Source: an uncultured Chloroflexia bacterium
Lineage (GTDB): Bacteria > Chloroflexota > Limnocylindria > Limnocylindrales > CSP1-4
Length of the DNA: 64,000 nt
NCBI GenBank assembly: GCA_963705215.1
Contig: CAVPJI010000014.1
Coordinates: 10,913 to 74,912, forward strand
Direction: 5' to 3'
Made by a program: the position numbers and the translations under genes
The notes under the pieces: model-generated
The model's database searches: none
Told to the model about the DNA's origin: nothing
What the model saw: the letters and a program-made list of their open reading frames with translations, nothing else
Shown here: positions 46,702-61,234 of the stretch, one piece after another
Layout: each line of letters starts with the position of its first letter
Position numbering within the stretch: the first letter of the stretch is position 1

Positions 46702-47679
46702 CTAGCGCATCGTGAGGGCCATCACGGCCTTCTGGGCGTGGAGCCGGTTCTCCGCCTCGTCGTAGACGACCGAGTGCGGGCCGTCGATGACCGCATCTGC
46801 GACCTCGACGCCCCGGTCGGCGGGAAGCGGATGCATGTAGATGGCGTCCTCGGCCGCCATCCCGATCCGCCGCTCGTCGGCGATCCAGTCGGTGTGCTTC
46901 TTCGCGATCTCCGCGCCCTCGGTCTCGTCCTTCGCCGTGAGCATGGCGCCCCAGCTCTTGGCGTAGACCACGTCGACGCCGCGCAGGCCGGCATCGAAAT
47001 CGTCCATCAGCTCGAAGCTGCCGCCGGAGCGGCGGGCATTCTCGGCCGCCTGGTCGACGATGTCGGCTGGAAGCTTGAACTCCGGCGGGTGGACCAGCCG
47101 GACGTTCATCCCGTAGCGGGTGGTCAGGAGCGAGAGGTCGACGGGAACACTGATCGGCTTCTGGTAGCTGGCCGCGTACGCCCAGCTGATCGCAATGGTC
47201 CGGCCCCGCGGGTCGCCCTTCTTCTCGAAGATCGTCAGGAGGTCGGCCAGGGACTGGTGGGGATGGAAGAGGTCGCACTGCATGTTGAGGACGGGGACAC
47301 GGCTGGCGGCCGCCACCTCGCGGATGTAGGCGTTGCCGGCACCCCAGTCCACGTTGCGAATGGCGATGCCGTCGTTGTAGCGGCCCAGGATCTCCCCGAT
47401 CTCCTTGGGCGTGTCGCCGTGGGAGATCTGGGTGGTCCGGCTCTCGATGAACTGGGCGTGGCCGCCCAGCTGGGCCATCCCGGCCTCGAACGAGGCCCGG
47501 GTCCGGGTGGACGAGAAGAAGAAGAGCATGGCCAGGACGCGGTCCCGGAGGAGCGGGTGCGGGATCCCGAGGGCCCGCTCCCGCTTCAGCAGGGCAGCCA
47601 CCTCGAGGACGGAGTCGATCTCCTCCTTCGTCCACTCCTGGAGGCTGATGAGGTCGCGGCCGCGCAGGTCGGTCTGCAT
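46702..47679 (-). CDS. YgeW-like (knotted-type) carbamoyltransferase
   Basis: SSTRTR, HPHQ, SWAYAASYQKPISVP (YgeW-like loop), AKSWG, MHPLP, AENR. Confidence 0.8.
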   Translation of the reverse strand: MQTDLRGRDLISLQEWTKEEIDSVLEVAALLKRERALGIPHPLLRDRVLAMLFFFSSTRTRASFEAGMAQLGGHAQFIESRTTQISHGDTPKEIGEILGRYNDGIAIRNVDWGAGNAYIREVAAASRVPVLNMQCDLFHPHQSLADLLTIFEKKGDPRGRTIAISWAYAASYQKPISVPVDLSLLTTRYGMNVRLVHPPEFKLPADIVDQAAENARRSGGSFELMDDFDAGLRGVDVVYAKSWGAMLTAKDETEGAEIAKKHTDWIADERRIGMAAEDAIYMHPLPADRGVEVADAVIDGPHSVVYDEAENRLHAQKAVMALTMR

Positions 47680-47687
47680 GTCGGCGC

Positions 47688-48641
47688 CTACTCTGCCGCG
47701 CCGAGGATGAGCGCAAGGAGCCCCATCTTGAGCGCGACGCCGTTGAACGCCTCGGCCCAGTAGCGCTGGTGGCGGGTGGCGTCGACGTCCTCGGGCAGCT
47801 CGTCCATCCGCGGGAGCGAGTGGAGGATCATCGAGGAGCGCTTGGCCTTCTCGCGCAGGAGCTGGCGGGTGACGACGTACTCCGGAGGCGTGAGCCCCAT
47901 CTCACCGGCCCGCTCCACGCGCGAGGCCGTGTAGTCGGCCTGCACGACCGGCTCCATGTAGATGACGTCCGCCTCGCCGATCACGTCGCGGACGTCACCG
48001 GCCTCCTGGTAGTCCACGTTGAGCGCGTCGATCTCCGCCTTGAACTCCGGGAGCAGCGACATGTCGGGCGGGCCGACGACGATCGCCTTGGCGTCGAACT
48101 GCGAGAGGGCGTACAGGATCGAATGCATGGTCCGCATCCGCATGTCGCCCACGAGCAGCCAGGTCAGCCCGTCAAGGGTCCCCTTCTCCAGCAGCGTGGT
48201 GTAGAGGTCGGTCAGGACCTGGGTCGGGTGCTCGCCCCAGCCGTCGCCGCAGTTGATGACCGGCACGGACGCCCACTTCGCCGCCTCGTGCGGTGCGCCC
48301 TGCTGGAAGTGGCGGATCGCGATGACGTCCGCGTAGAACTCCAGCATGTGGAACGTGTCCTTGATCGACTCCTGGTAGAAGTCGCCGGCGCGGGTCATCT
48401 TCGAGTCGGAGAACCCGAGGACGTGCCCCCCGAGGCGATGCATGGCGGCCTCATGGGAGAGTCGCGTCCGCGTGCTGGGCTGGTAGAAGGCCGTCAGCAG
48501 GGTCTTGTGCTTCAGCAGGTCGGTGTTGCGACGGTCGCGCGCGAAGGGCCGCAGGTCGTCCGCGACCTGAAAGACCCTGAAGAACTCGTCCCGGCTGAAA
48601 TCCTTGAGGGACAGGATGTCCCGGCCCTGGAAGCTCCGCAT
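47688..48641 (-). CDS. ATCase-like carbamoyltransferase of unknown substrate
   Basis: QPSTRTRLS, NCGDGWGEHPTQ and HSLPR, but no KGE motif and no TRxQxER motif. Confidence 0.8.
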   Translation of the reverse strand: MRSFQGRDILSLKDFSRDEFFRVFQVADDLRPFARDRRNTDLLKHKTLLTAFYQPSTRTRLSHEAAMHRLGGHVLGFSDSKMTRAGDFYQESIKDTFHMLEFYADVIAIRHFQQGAPHEAAKWASVPVINCGDGWGEHPTQVLTDLYTTLLEKGTLDGLTWLLVGDMRMRTMHSILYALSQFDAKAIVVGPPDMSLLPEFKAEIDALNVDYQEAGDVRDVIGEADVIYMEPVVQADYTASRVERAGEMGLTPPEYVVTRQLLREKAKRSSMILHSLPRMDELPEDVDATRHQRYWAEAFNGVALKMGLLALILGAAE

Positions 48642-50155
48642 CAGATTCCTCCGCTGGTTGCGTGGTGGGAGTGCAGGCGCCGGTGCGCCGCACGGGTGAC
48701 GGGCTGATCGCCGGGCGCCGGCGTGGGCGGGCGCCGTACGGCGCCGGTGAAGAGGACCGCGACGTTCTCGTCGGGGCGGATCGCGCGCGTTCGGACCAGG
48801 TCCAGGAGGCCGGCAAGGCCCGCCGACCCGGTGTGATCGACGTCGATGCCGGTCGTGGCGCGGGCCAGCGCGTTCGCCTCCTCGAGCGTGGGCTCGGAGG
48901 TGACGAGCGGCCCGCCGCCGCTCTCGAGGATGCCGGCGAGGCAGGCTCGCCAATCGTACGTCTCATCGTCGATGATGCCGTGCGCGACGCTGCGCGGCTC
49001 CTGCTCCCAGGGCCACATGAAGGCCGAGCGGTGGCGGCCGGCGTCCGCGAGGACCTCGTCGGCCGGCTCGCCTGCCGCGACGCGCGCTCGCACGCGCTCG
49101 AAGGCACGGGCCAGCGGGTGGACGGTCGCCGGCTGCACGGCGTGAATCCGGGGCAGCGCGGCTCCCTCGTACCGTAAGCCGGCGATCACGGAAGACAGCA
49201 GTGCCCCACCGCCGACCTGGACCACCACCCGGTCCAGGCGAGCGGGGCCGCCGGGCGCCGCGACCGCGGCGGCCAGCTCCCAGCCCAGCGTCTCCCCGCC
49301 CTCGATCGCGAGGCCGTTGAGGTTGCCCTGGCAGGTGAACGGGACCGCGCCGGTCTCGACAGCGCGCAGGAGCGCGTGGTACGTCGGGATCGCCCGTGGC
49401 GCCCGGCTCGCGCTCGCACACGGTGCAGGCGGCGCCGAGGGCCTTCAGGCGCTCGACCACCACGGGATCAGCGTCGGGCGGGATGAAGACATCGAGGTGG
49501 CGGTCCGCGGCGCGGGCGACGACCGCAGCCGCGAGGGCGGCGTTGCCGCAGGAGGCGATCGCGAGAGGCGCCCGCTCCACGGCGGGCTGCCCCGCCGTCC
49601 GTTCCCCGGCGGGCTGCCCCGCTGCGGGCTCAGCGGCCGATGTGCCGCCGGCGATCGATCGTTGGCGCGCGTCCTCCACCGCGAGCTCCAGGAGTGTCCC
49701 GAAGAGGTGGCGGGCCTTGTGCGAGCCCGACACGTTGCCGGTCTCGTCCTTGACCCAGACCCCGCCGGCCGCGGAGAAGCCCAGGGCGTCGGAGAGCGGA
49801 CCGCTCCGCATGAATGGCGTGATCCCGAACCCATGGCCGTCGACCAGGGCGACCGCCGTGTCGAGCCGCTGCACGAGGCCGACGTACTCGGCGTCGCTCC
49901 AGCCCACCGCCCGGGCCCGGTTGTACGCATGGAACCGCGTTCGCCAGCGGACGTACGGGCTGGGCGCCCCCGTGTCCTCGGCAAGCGCTTCGTGCCCGGC
50001 GACCGTCACCCGGACCAGCACGTGGTCGACGTCATCCCCCGGCCGGGCCGCCGGGCAGGCGAAGGCGAGCGGTGCCTCGTCCGGGACGTGATGCCCGCAG
50101 CCGGCGCAGACGAGCGCCGTCGGCGGCGCGGCACCGCCCGCCGGCCGTGCTTCTG

Positions 50156-50159
<4 letters not shown>
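48641..50159 (-). CDS. Threonine-synthase-like PLP fold-II enzyme; +1 frameshift near 49387 (probable sequencing error)
   Basis: N-terminal [29 protein letters not shown]; after the shift TYHALL...FTCQG...VQVGGGAL...GSAGLAG...LFTG. Confidence 0.8.
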
Positions 50160-51649
<1,490 letters not shown>

Positions 51650-51831
51650 CCTTGCTCCTCCGGGGCGACGTCGGCCGCCCATGTACGCGTCGTATCCTTC
51701 GGGTCGACCCGGAAGGCAACTTCGGGCCGGACGGCACACCCCGCAGCGGGGCGGCGCCGCCACAATTCTGTCACCGACGGCGAGCGTCGGAAGGGCCAGT
51801 TGGTCCCCGCCTGCAGGACTGGGGTCGCACG

Positions 51832-54492
51832 ATGGACTTCATTCTGAACGGCCGGCCGGTCTCGACGGAGGCCGAACCGGGCACCAGTCTGCTGGAGCTG
51901 CTCCGTGAGCGCTTCGGGCTGCGCTCGATGAAGGACGGCTGCGCACCGGAGGGATCGTGCGGGGCGTGCACCGTGCTGGTGGACGGCCGCCCGGTCGTCT
52001 CGTGCGCCCGCGACGCGGCGGAGATCGCGGGTCGCGACGTCGTGACCCTCGAGGGCCTCCCGGCCGACGCGCGGTCGGCCTGGGCCGCGGCGTTCATCTC
52101 GTCCGGCGCCAGCCAGTGCGGATTCTGCTCGCCCGGGATCGTCATGAAGTCGGAGGGACTCCTCACGCGCGACCCGGCGCCATCCCGCGAGGCGATCGCC
52201 CGGGCCCTGGCCGGCAACCTCTGCCGCTGCACCGGCTACGTGAAGGTGATCGACGCGATCGAGGCCGTCGCGGCGGCCCGGCGCGGCGAGCGCGACCTCC
52301 CGGCCACCCCGGCCGGCGGCGGTGTCGGCGCCCGTGCCGACCGGATCGGCGCCCGGGAGATGGCTCTCGGCGAGCAGCCGTTCGTGGCCGACATGTCCGC
52401 GCCCGGCATGCTTCACGCCGCCCTGCGCCTCAGCGACCACCCACGGGCCGTCGTCCTCCGGATCGACACCGCGCACGCCGCCGCGGCCCCCGGGGTCGTC
52501 GCGATCGTCACCGCCGCGGATGTCCCCGGCGAGCGCGTCCAGGGCCTGATCGCCCGCGACTGGCCGGTCTTCGTGGCCGAGGGCGAGACGACCCGCTACG
52601 TCGGCGACGTCCTCGCCGCCGTTGCCGCCCGGACCCGCCGCGAGGCCCGGGCCGCCGCCGCGCTGATCGAGGTCGAGTACAAGACCCTCGACCCCGTCGG
52701 CGACCCGTTCGCAGCCCTCGAGCCGGCCGCCCCGCCCGTCCACGCCGCCGGCAACCTCCTCGAATCCTCGGTCGTCCGGCGCGGTGATGCTGCGGCGGCC
52801 CTCGCGACCGCCGCCCACGTCGTTCGCGAGCGCTTCACCACGAGCCCGATCGACCACGCCTTCCTCGAGCCCGAGGCCTGCCTGGCGGTGCCGGGCGACG
52901 GCAGCCCCGGCGCCCCCGTCCTCCACCTCTTCTCGCAGGGCCAGGGTGCCTGGGATGACCGCCGCCAGGTCGCCTCGCTCCTCGCCCTCCCCGAGACCGA
53001 CGTCCGCGTCACCCAGGTCGCCACCGGCGGGGCCTTCGGCGGCAAGGAGGACCTCACGGTCCAGGGGCAGGCCGCGCTCCTCACCCGGGTCACCGGGCGC
53101 CCCGTCCTCCTCGCCCTGTCGCGCGCGGAGAGCCTCCGGCTCCACCCGAAGCGCCACGCGATCACCCTCGACTACGAAGTCGGCTGCGACGCCGAGGGTC
53201 GCCTCGTCGCGGTCCGGGCCCGGATCGTCGGCGACACCGGCGCGTACGCCAGCGTCGGGGCGAAGGTCCTCGAGCGGGCCGCCGGCCACGCCTGCGGCGC
53301 CTACCGCGTCCCGAACGTCGACGTCGAGGCCCGCACCGTCTACACGAACAACCCGCCGGCCGGCGCCTTCCGCGGCTTCGGCGTCCCCCAGGCGACGTTC
53401 GCGATGGACGGCTGCCTCGACCGTCTCGCCGAGCGGGTCGGCCTCGACGGCTGGGAGATCCGTTGGCGGAACGCCTGCCGGACCGGTGACCGTTTCGGGT
53501 CCGGCCAGCGGCTGGGAGCCGGTGTCGGCCTCGAGAAGACGCTCCTCGCCGTCCGCGACGCCTACCGCGACGCCCGCGCCCGCGGTGCGGCCGCTGGGAT
53601 CGCCTGCGCGGCCAAGAACGTCGGGATCGGCAACGGCATGGTGGAGCGGGGACGGGCCCTCCTCCGCGTCGAGCCGGACGCGAGCATCACGCTCTGGCAC
53701 TCGTGGACGGAGATGGGCCAGGGCGTCCACACGGTCTTTGCCCAGGTCGTCGCCGAGGAAACCGGCGTGGACGTCGCCACGGTCCGGGTCCGCGTCGACA
53801 CGGAGCGCGAGCTCGACACCGGCGAGACGACGGCCTCGCGGGCGACGACGCTCGGCGGCCAGGCGGTCGCCGACGCGGCCCGCAAGCTGCGCTCGGCGAT
53901 CGACGCCCTGCCGCCCGGCACCGACCTCGAGACCCTCGCCGGGCAGGAGTTCGGCGGCGAGTTCGTCGTCGACTGGACGACGAAGCTCGACCCGGACATC
54001 GAGGACCCGGTCACCCACCTCGCCTACGGCTGGGCGACCCAGGTCGTCATCCTCGACGACGAAGGCCGCCTGGCGCGGGTCGTCGCGGCCCACGACGTGG
54101 GTCGGGCCATGAACCCGACGCTTCTCGAGGGCCAGGTCGAGGGCGGGGTCCACATGGGCCTCGGCCTCGCGCTCACCGAGGCGTTCGTGACCGATCGCGG
54201 CGTGCCGCTCACGACAACCCTGAAGTCGCAGGGGATCATCCCCGCCGCGGGGATGCCGCCGGTCGAGGTCATCGTCGTCGAGGAGCACCAGCCAGAGGGC
54301 CCGTACGGGGCGAAGGGCGCCGGCGAAGCGGTCCTCGTGCCAACGCCGGCCGCCGTTGCCGGCGCGCTCCAGGCCTTCGACGGTCGCTGGCGGACCGCGC
54401 TCCCGATGCGGGACTCCGCGGCTGCGCGAGCGGCCCTGCCCCGGGTGGACAGCCTGCCGCGGGCCGGCTCGACCGCGGGAGGGCCGCCCTGA
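51832..54492 (+). CDS. xdhD: XdhD-like / selenium-dependent xanthine dehydrogenase-type Mo hydroxylase (2Fe-2S fused to Mo-binding domain)
   Basis: [30 protein letters not shown]; [29 protein letters not shown]. Confidence 0.8.
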   Translation: MDFILNGRPVSTEAEPGTSLLELLRERFGLRSMKDGCAPEGSCGACTVLVDGRPVVSCARDAAEIAGRDVVTLEGLPADARSAWAAAFISSGASQCGFCSPGIVMKSEGLLTRDPAPSREAIARALAGNLCRCTGYVKVIDAIEAVAAARRGERDLPATPAGGGVGARADRIGAREMALGEQPFVADMSAPGMLHAALRLSDHPRAVVLRIDTAHAAAAPGVVAIVTAADVPGERVQGLIARDWPVFVAEGETTRYVGDVLAAVAARTRREARAAAALIEVEYKTLDPVGDPFAALEPAAPPVHAAGNLLESSVVRRGDAAAALATAAHVVRERFTTSPIDHAFLEPEACLAVPGDGSPGAPVLHLFSQGQGAWDDRRQVASLLALPETDVRVTQVATGGAFGGKEDLTVQGQAALLTRVTGRPVLLALSRAESLRLHPKRHAITLDYEVGCDAEGRLVAVRARIVGDTGAYASVGAKVLERAAGHACGAYRVPNVDVEARTVYTNNPPAGAFRGFGVPQATFAMDGCLDRLAERVGLDGWEIRWRNACRTGDRFGSGQRLGAGVGLEKTLLAVRDAYRDARARGAAAGIACAAKNVGIGNGMVERGRALLRVEPDASITLWHSWTEMGQGVHTVFAQVVAEETGVDVATVRVRVDTERELDTGETTASRATTLGGQAVADAARKLRSAIDALPPGTDLETLAGQEFGGEFVVDWTTKLDPDIEDPVTHLAYGWATQVVILDDEGRLARVVAAHDVGRAMNPTLLEGQVEGGVHMGLGLALTEAFVTDRGVPLTTTLKSQGIIPAAGMPPVEVIVVEEHQPEGPYGAKGAGEAVLVPTPAAVAGALQAFDGRWRTALPMRDSAAARAALPRVDSLPRAGSTAGGPP

Positions 54493-55514
54493 TGTCGGCG
54501 GTCACGCCCGGGCTCGTCTGCGCCCATCACCACCTCTACTCGGCGCTCGCCCGGGGGATGCCGGCACCGCCGAAGGTCGCCACGAGCTTCCAGGAGATCC
54601 TGGAGCAGGTCTGGTGGCGCCTCGACACGGCGCTCGACCTCGAGATGATCCGCTGGTCGGCGATGCTCGGTGCCCTCGAGGCGCTCGAGAACGGCACGAC
54701 GGCGATCGTCGACCACCACGAGTCACCCAACGCCATCGAGGGCAGCCTGGACGTGATCGCCGAGGCGTGCGCCGCCGTCGGGGTCCGTGCGCTGCTCGCT
54801 TACGGGGTCACGGACCGCCACGGCGCCGACGGCGCCCGGCGCGGCCTCGCCGAGAACGAGCGCTTCATCCGGGCCGGTGGTCGGGGCCTCGTGGGGATCC
54901 ATGCCGCCTTCACCTGCTCCGACGAGTCCCTGCGCGCCGCCGCCGGGCTGGCCGCAGATCTTGGCGTCGGGGTCCACGTCCACGTGTGCGAGGGGGTCGG
55001 CGACGTCGACGCGCCTCGCCGGCTCGCTGGTCTGACCCGCGGCAACTGGCTCATGGCCCACTGCGTCCACCTGCCCACCGATCACGAGCTGCGGGGGACG
55101 ATCCTCCACAACCCGATGTCGAACCTGAACAACGCAGTCGGCTACGCCAACCCGGCGCGGTTCACGAACCCGGTCGCCCTCGGCACCGACGGGATCGGCG
55201 GCAACGTCCTCGAGGCGTTCCGGCTGGCCTACGTCCTGCAGCGCTCGGTCGACGTCACCTGCGGGCCGGACACGGCGTGGTCGTGGCTCGAGAACGGTTG
55301 GAACCTGGTCCCGGAGGCGCGCGCCGACGAGGTCGAGTGGTCCTACGACCCGATGGACCCGTGGCAGGTCGCCTTCACCCCCGGAATCATGCCGCGGAAG
55401 GTCACGATCGGCGGCGAGGTCGTCTTCGCCGATGGGAGGCCGACCCGGGTGGACCCCGACGAGGTCCGGGCGAAGGCCCGGGAGCAGGCCGCCCGCCTGC
55501 ACGCCCGCCTCTGA
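54492..55514 (+). CDS. ssnA: SsnA-like amidohydrolase (short form)
   Basis: PGLVCAHHHLYSALARG, WWRLD, GTTAIVDHHESP, GIHAAFT, HVHVCE, HNPMSN, LGTDG; TGATG coupling to xdhD. Confidence 0.8.
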   Translation: MSAVTPGLVCAHHHLYSALARGMPAPPKVATSFQEILEQVWWRLDTALDLEMIRWSAMLGALEALENGTTAIVDHHESPNAIEGSLDVIAEACAAVGVRALLAYGVTDRHGADGARRGLAENERFIRAGGRGLVGIHAAFTCSDESLRAAAGLAADLGVGVHVHVCEGVGDVDAPRRLAGLTRGNWLMAHCVHLPTDHELRGTILHNPMSNLNNAVGYANPARFTNPVALGTDGIGGNVLEAFRLAYVLQRSVDVTCGPDTAWSWLENGWNLVPEARADEVEWSYDPMDPWQVAFTPGIMPRKVTIGGEVVFADGRPTRVDPDEVRAKAREQAARLHARL

Positions 55515-55540
55515 CGGCCGCGGGGCCGGATCGAGCGCCG

Positions 55541-55888
55541 CTACAGGGCCAGGTGCAGGCGGAGCGCCTCATCGATCTGAGCCATGATTGCGCGCGGGAC
55601 CACGCCGAGACGGGCGCCCACGCGCGCAACGTCCACGGACCGGACCTGCTCGGACTGGGCCTTCGAGTCTCGCGGAAGGCCCGTACCGGATGCCGGGAGC
55701 ATGGTCTGGAACGGATAGATCCGCTCGACGTTCGACGTCACCGGCACGACCGTGACCACGCCGCGGCCGAGCCGATCGGCGCTCTCGTTGGCGCTGTCGT
55801 TGCTGACGATGACCGCCGGCCGCCGCTTGTTCGACTCCGACCCGCGCGCAGGATCGAGATCGACTTCGTAGATCTCACCGCGGCGCAT
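55541..55888 (-). CDS. mazF: MazF/PemK endoribonuclease toxin (MazF9-like)
   Basis: MRRGEIYEVDLDPARGSESNKRRPAVIVSND...VVPVTSN..IYPFQ...SKAQSEQVRS. Confidence 0.92.
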   Translation of the reverse strand: MRRGEIYEVDLDPARGSESNKRRPAVIVSNDSANESADRLGRGVVTVVPVTSNVERIYPFQTMLPASGTGLPRDSKAQSEQVRSVDVARVGARLGVVPRAIMAQIDEALRLHLAL

Positions 55889-56124
55889 CAGGAGGGGACC
55901 CCTTCGGTCAGCCCATCTCCGACGGTCGACTCCCACATCCGCCCCTCGCCATCGTCGGTCGACCACTCCTCCCACGCGCTCTCGTACGCAGCGCTCAGCT
56001 CCGCCGCGCGCAGCAGGTGGACGGCCTTCTGCAGGGCGGCCGAGCGCGACAGCAGGCCCTGTTCCTTCGTGTAGTCGTCGAGGAACTGGACGTCGGCGCC
56101 CGGGAGGCTGACACTCACCTTCAT
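55888..56124 (-). CDS. mazE: MazE antitoxin (RHH, MazE9-like)
   Basis: MKVSVSLPGADVQFLDDY...SRSAALQKAV...AYESAWEEW...WESTVGDGL; TGATG overlap with mazF. Confidence 0.88.
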   Translation of the reverse strand: MKVSVSLPGADVQFLDDYTKEQGLLSRSAALQKAVHLLRAAELSAAYESAWEEWSTDDGEGRMWESTVGDGLTEGVPS

Positions 56125-56131
56125 ACCGTGG

Positions 56132-56173
56132 ATGCTACCCCAGATCGTTCTGGGTAGCAAGAACCCTGCTACC
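56132..56173 (-). promoter_or_regulatory. mazEF operator (three TGCTACC boxes) and -10 element
   Basis: TGCTACC at 56133, inverted copy at 56153-56159, direct copy at 56167; minus-strand TAGCAT 7 nt before the ATG. Confidence 0.7.
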
Positions 56174-56295
56174 AGCGACAGCTGCGACCCCGCACCACGA
56201 ACGGACCGAGACGTGACGGCCGGCCTATCCTGAAGCGGAGCCGGCCGGTGCGCGCCCGACCCGGCGTCGCGTCCGACCTCACGAGGGAGCACCCG

Positions 56296-59727
<3,432 letters not shown>

Positions 59728-59818
59728 CCCGGATCGGCGGCCGGGGCGCGGATCGCGCGCCGAAGCACGGGTCGCGCCCGACCCGGTCACGGTGGGACGC
59801 TTGCCGGCGTTCGGCCGC

Positions 59819-61234
59819 CTACCCGGCCGCGTCGAGGACCATGCGCCGGAGCACCCGGGCCGTGGCCGACCGCCGGTACGCGGCGGTCGAGCGCAGGCCA
59901 TCCCGCGGGTGAATGTCCAGGAGCACGGCCGTGGCCGCCCGGTCCGCCACGTCGGCCGAAGGGACCGCGCCCTCCAGCACCGCCTCGGCGCTCGGGGTCC
60001 GGATCGGCACCTCCGTGATCGTCCCGACCGCGACGCGGACGTCGCGCCACGCCGGCGACCCGGGATCCTGCCGCCACGCGACCGCCAGCGCAACCTTGGA
60101 GAGCGCGAGCGCCCGGCGCGTGCCGATCTTCCGATAGCGCAGCTGCCGGCCTCCGCCGACCGGGAACTCCAGCCGGAGCAGCAGCTCGCCCGGCTGGAGC
60201 GCCGTCCGCCGGTAGCCGATGAAGAACGACGCGGCGGGGATCGCCCGCTCGCCGCCCGGCCCGCCGACCACCATCACGGCCTCGGCCGCCAGCATCAGCG
60301 GCAGGCTGTCACCGGCCGGCGACGCGTTCACGACGTTGCCGCCCAGGGTTGCCATGTTCTGGAGCTGCGTGGCCCCGAACACCGCCGACAGCTCGGCGAT
60401 GGCCGGCAGGTGGTCTGCGACGAGCGGCGACCGGCGCAGGTCCGTGTAGGTCGCCGTGGCGCCGATCACGAGCCGATCGCCGTCGACCCGGATCCCGCGC
60501 AGCTCGTCGATCCCGGTCAGGTCCAGGAGCCCCGCGGCGGCGGCGCCGTCGCCCGCGAGCTCGACCATGATGTCCGTGCCGCCCGCGATCGGCCGCCAGG
60601 TGCCCTCGGCGAGAAGCCCGTACGCCTCCGCGAGCGTGGTCGGGCGCACGAAGGCGGGCCCGACGCGGACGTCCGACCCCGGCTCGACGTTGGGCCGGGT
60701 CGGTGGACCGGGCAGCTCACGCGGCACGTGCGGCAGGCCGCCCGGCACCTCGCGCGGCGCCGTCGTGGCCGCCATCGCGATCGCGTCGATGACCTTCATG
60801 TACCCGGTGCACCGGCACAGGTTGCCGGCGATCACCTCGCGGATGGCGGCGTCCGTCGGCTCCGCGCCGGAGTCCAGGAATGCCCGGGCCGACATCAGGA
60901 TGCCGGGCGTGCAGATGCCGCACTGCACGCCACCCGAGTCCACGAAGGCGGCCTGGACCGGGTCGAGCCGCCCGTCCTCGGCGAGCCCCTCGACGGTGCG
61001 GACGTCGCGACCTTCCACCTGGCCGACCGGGACGAGGCAGCTCAGGACCGGCGTCCCGTCAACCAGGACCGTGCAGGCGCCGCACTCTCCCTCGCCGCAG
61101 CCCTCCTTGGTGCCGACGAGGCCGAGGTCGATCCGGAGGGCGTCGAGGAGTCGCTCACCGCCGGCTCCGCCGACCTCGACCGGATCCCCATTGACCGTGA
61201 AGCGGGTCGCCCGGGTGGGCGTGGTGGTCGTCAC
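59819..61234 (-). CDS. Xanthine dehydrogenase-family small (2x 2Fe-2S) and medium (FAD) subunit fusion
   Basis: [29 protein letters not shown], then AGGTD and TLGGNVVNASPAGD. Confidence 0.88.
   Translation of the reverse strand: MTTTTPTRATRFTVNGDPVEVGGAGGERLLDALRIDLGLVGTKEGCGEGECGACTVLVDGTPVLSCLVPVGQVEGRDVRTVEGLAEDGRLDPVQAAFVDSGGVQCGICTPGILMSARAFLDSGAEPTDAAIREVIAGNLCRCTGYMKVIDAIAMAATTAPREVPGGLPHVPRELPGPPTRPNVEPGSDVRVGPAFVRPTTLAEAYGLLAEGTWRPIAGGTDIMVELAGDGAAAAGLLDLTGIDELRGIRVDGDRLVIGATATYTDLRRSPLVADHLPAIAELSAVFGATQLQNMATLGGNVVNASPAGDSLPLMLAAEAVMVVGGPGGERAIPAASFFIGYRRTALQPGELLLRLEFPVGGGRQLRYRKIGTRRALALSKVALAVAWRQDPGSPAWRDVRVAVGTITEVPIRTPSAEAVLEGAVPSADVADRAATAVLLDIHPRDGLRSTAAYRRSATARVLRRMVLDAAG

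Noticed and set aside
47688-48641. Calling this gene pyrB and its neighbour argF
   Set aside because: The specificity residues (PyrB KGE and TRxQ, OTCase SMG and HCLP) are missing and the context is catabolic.
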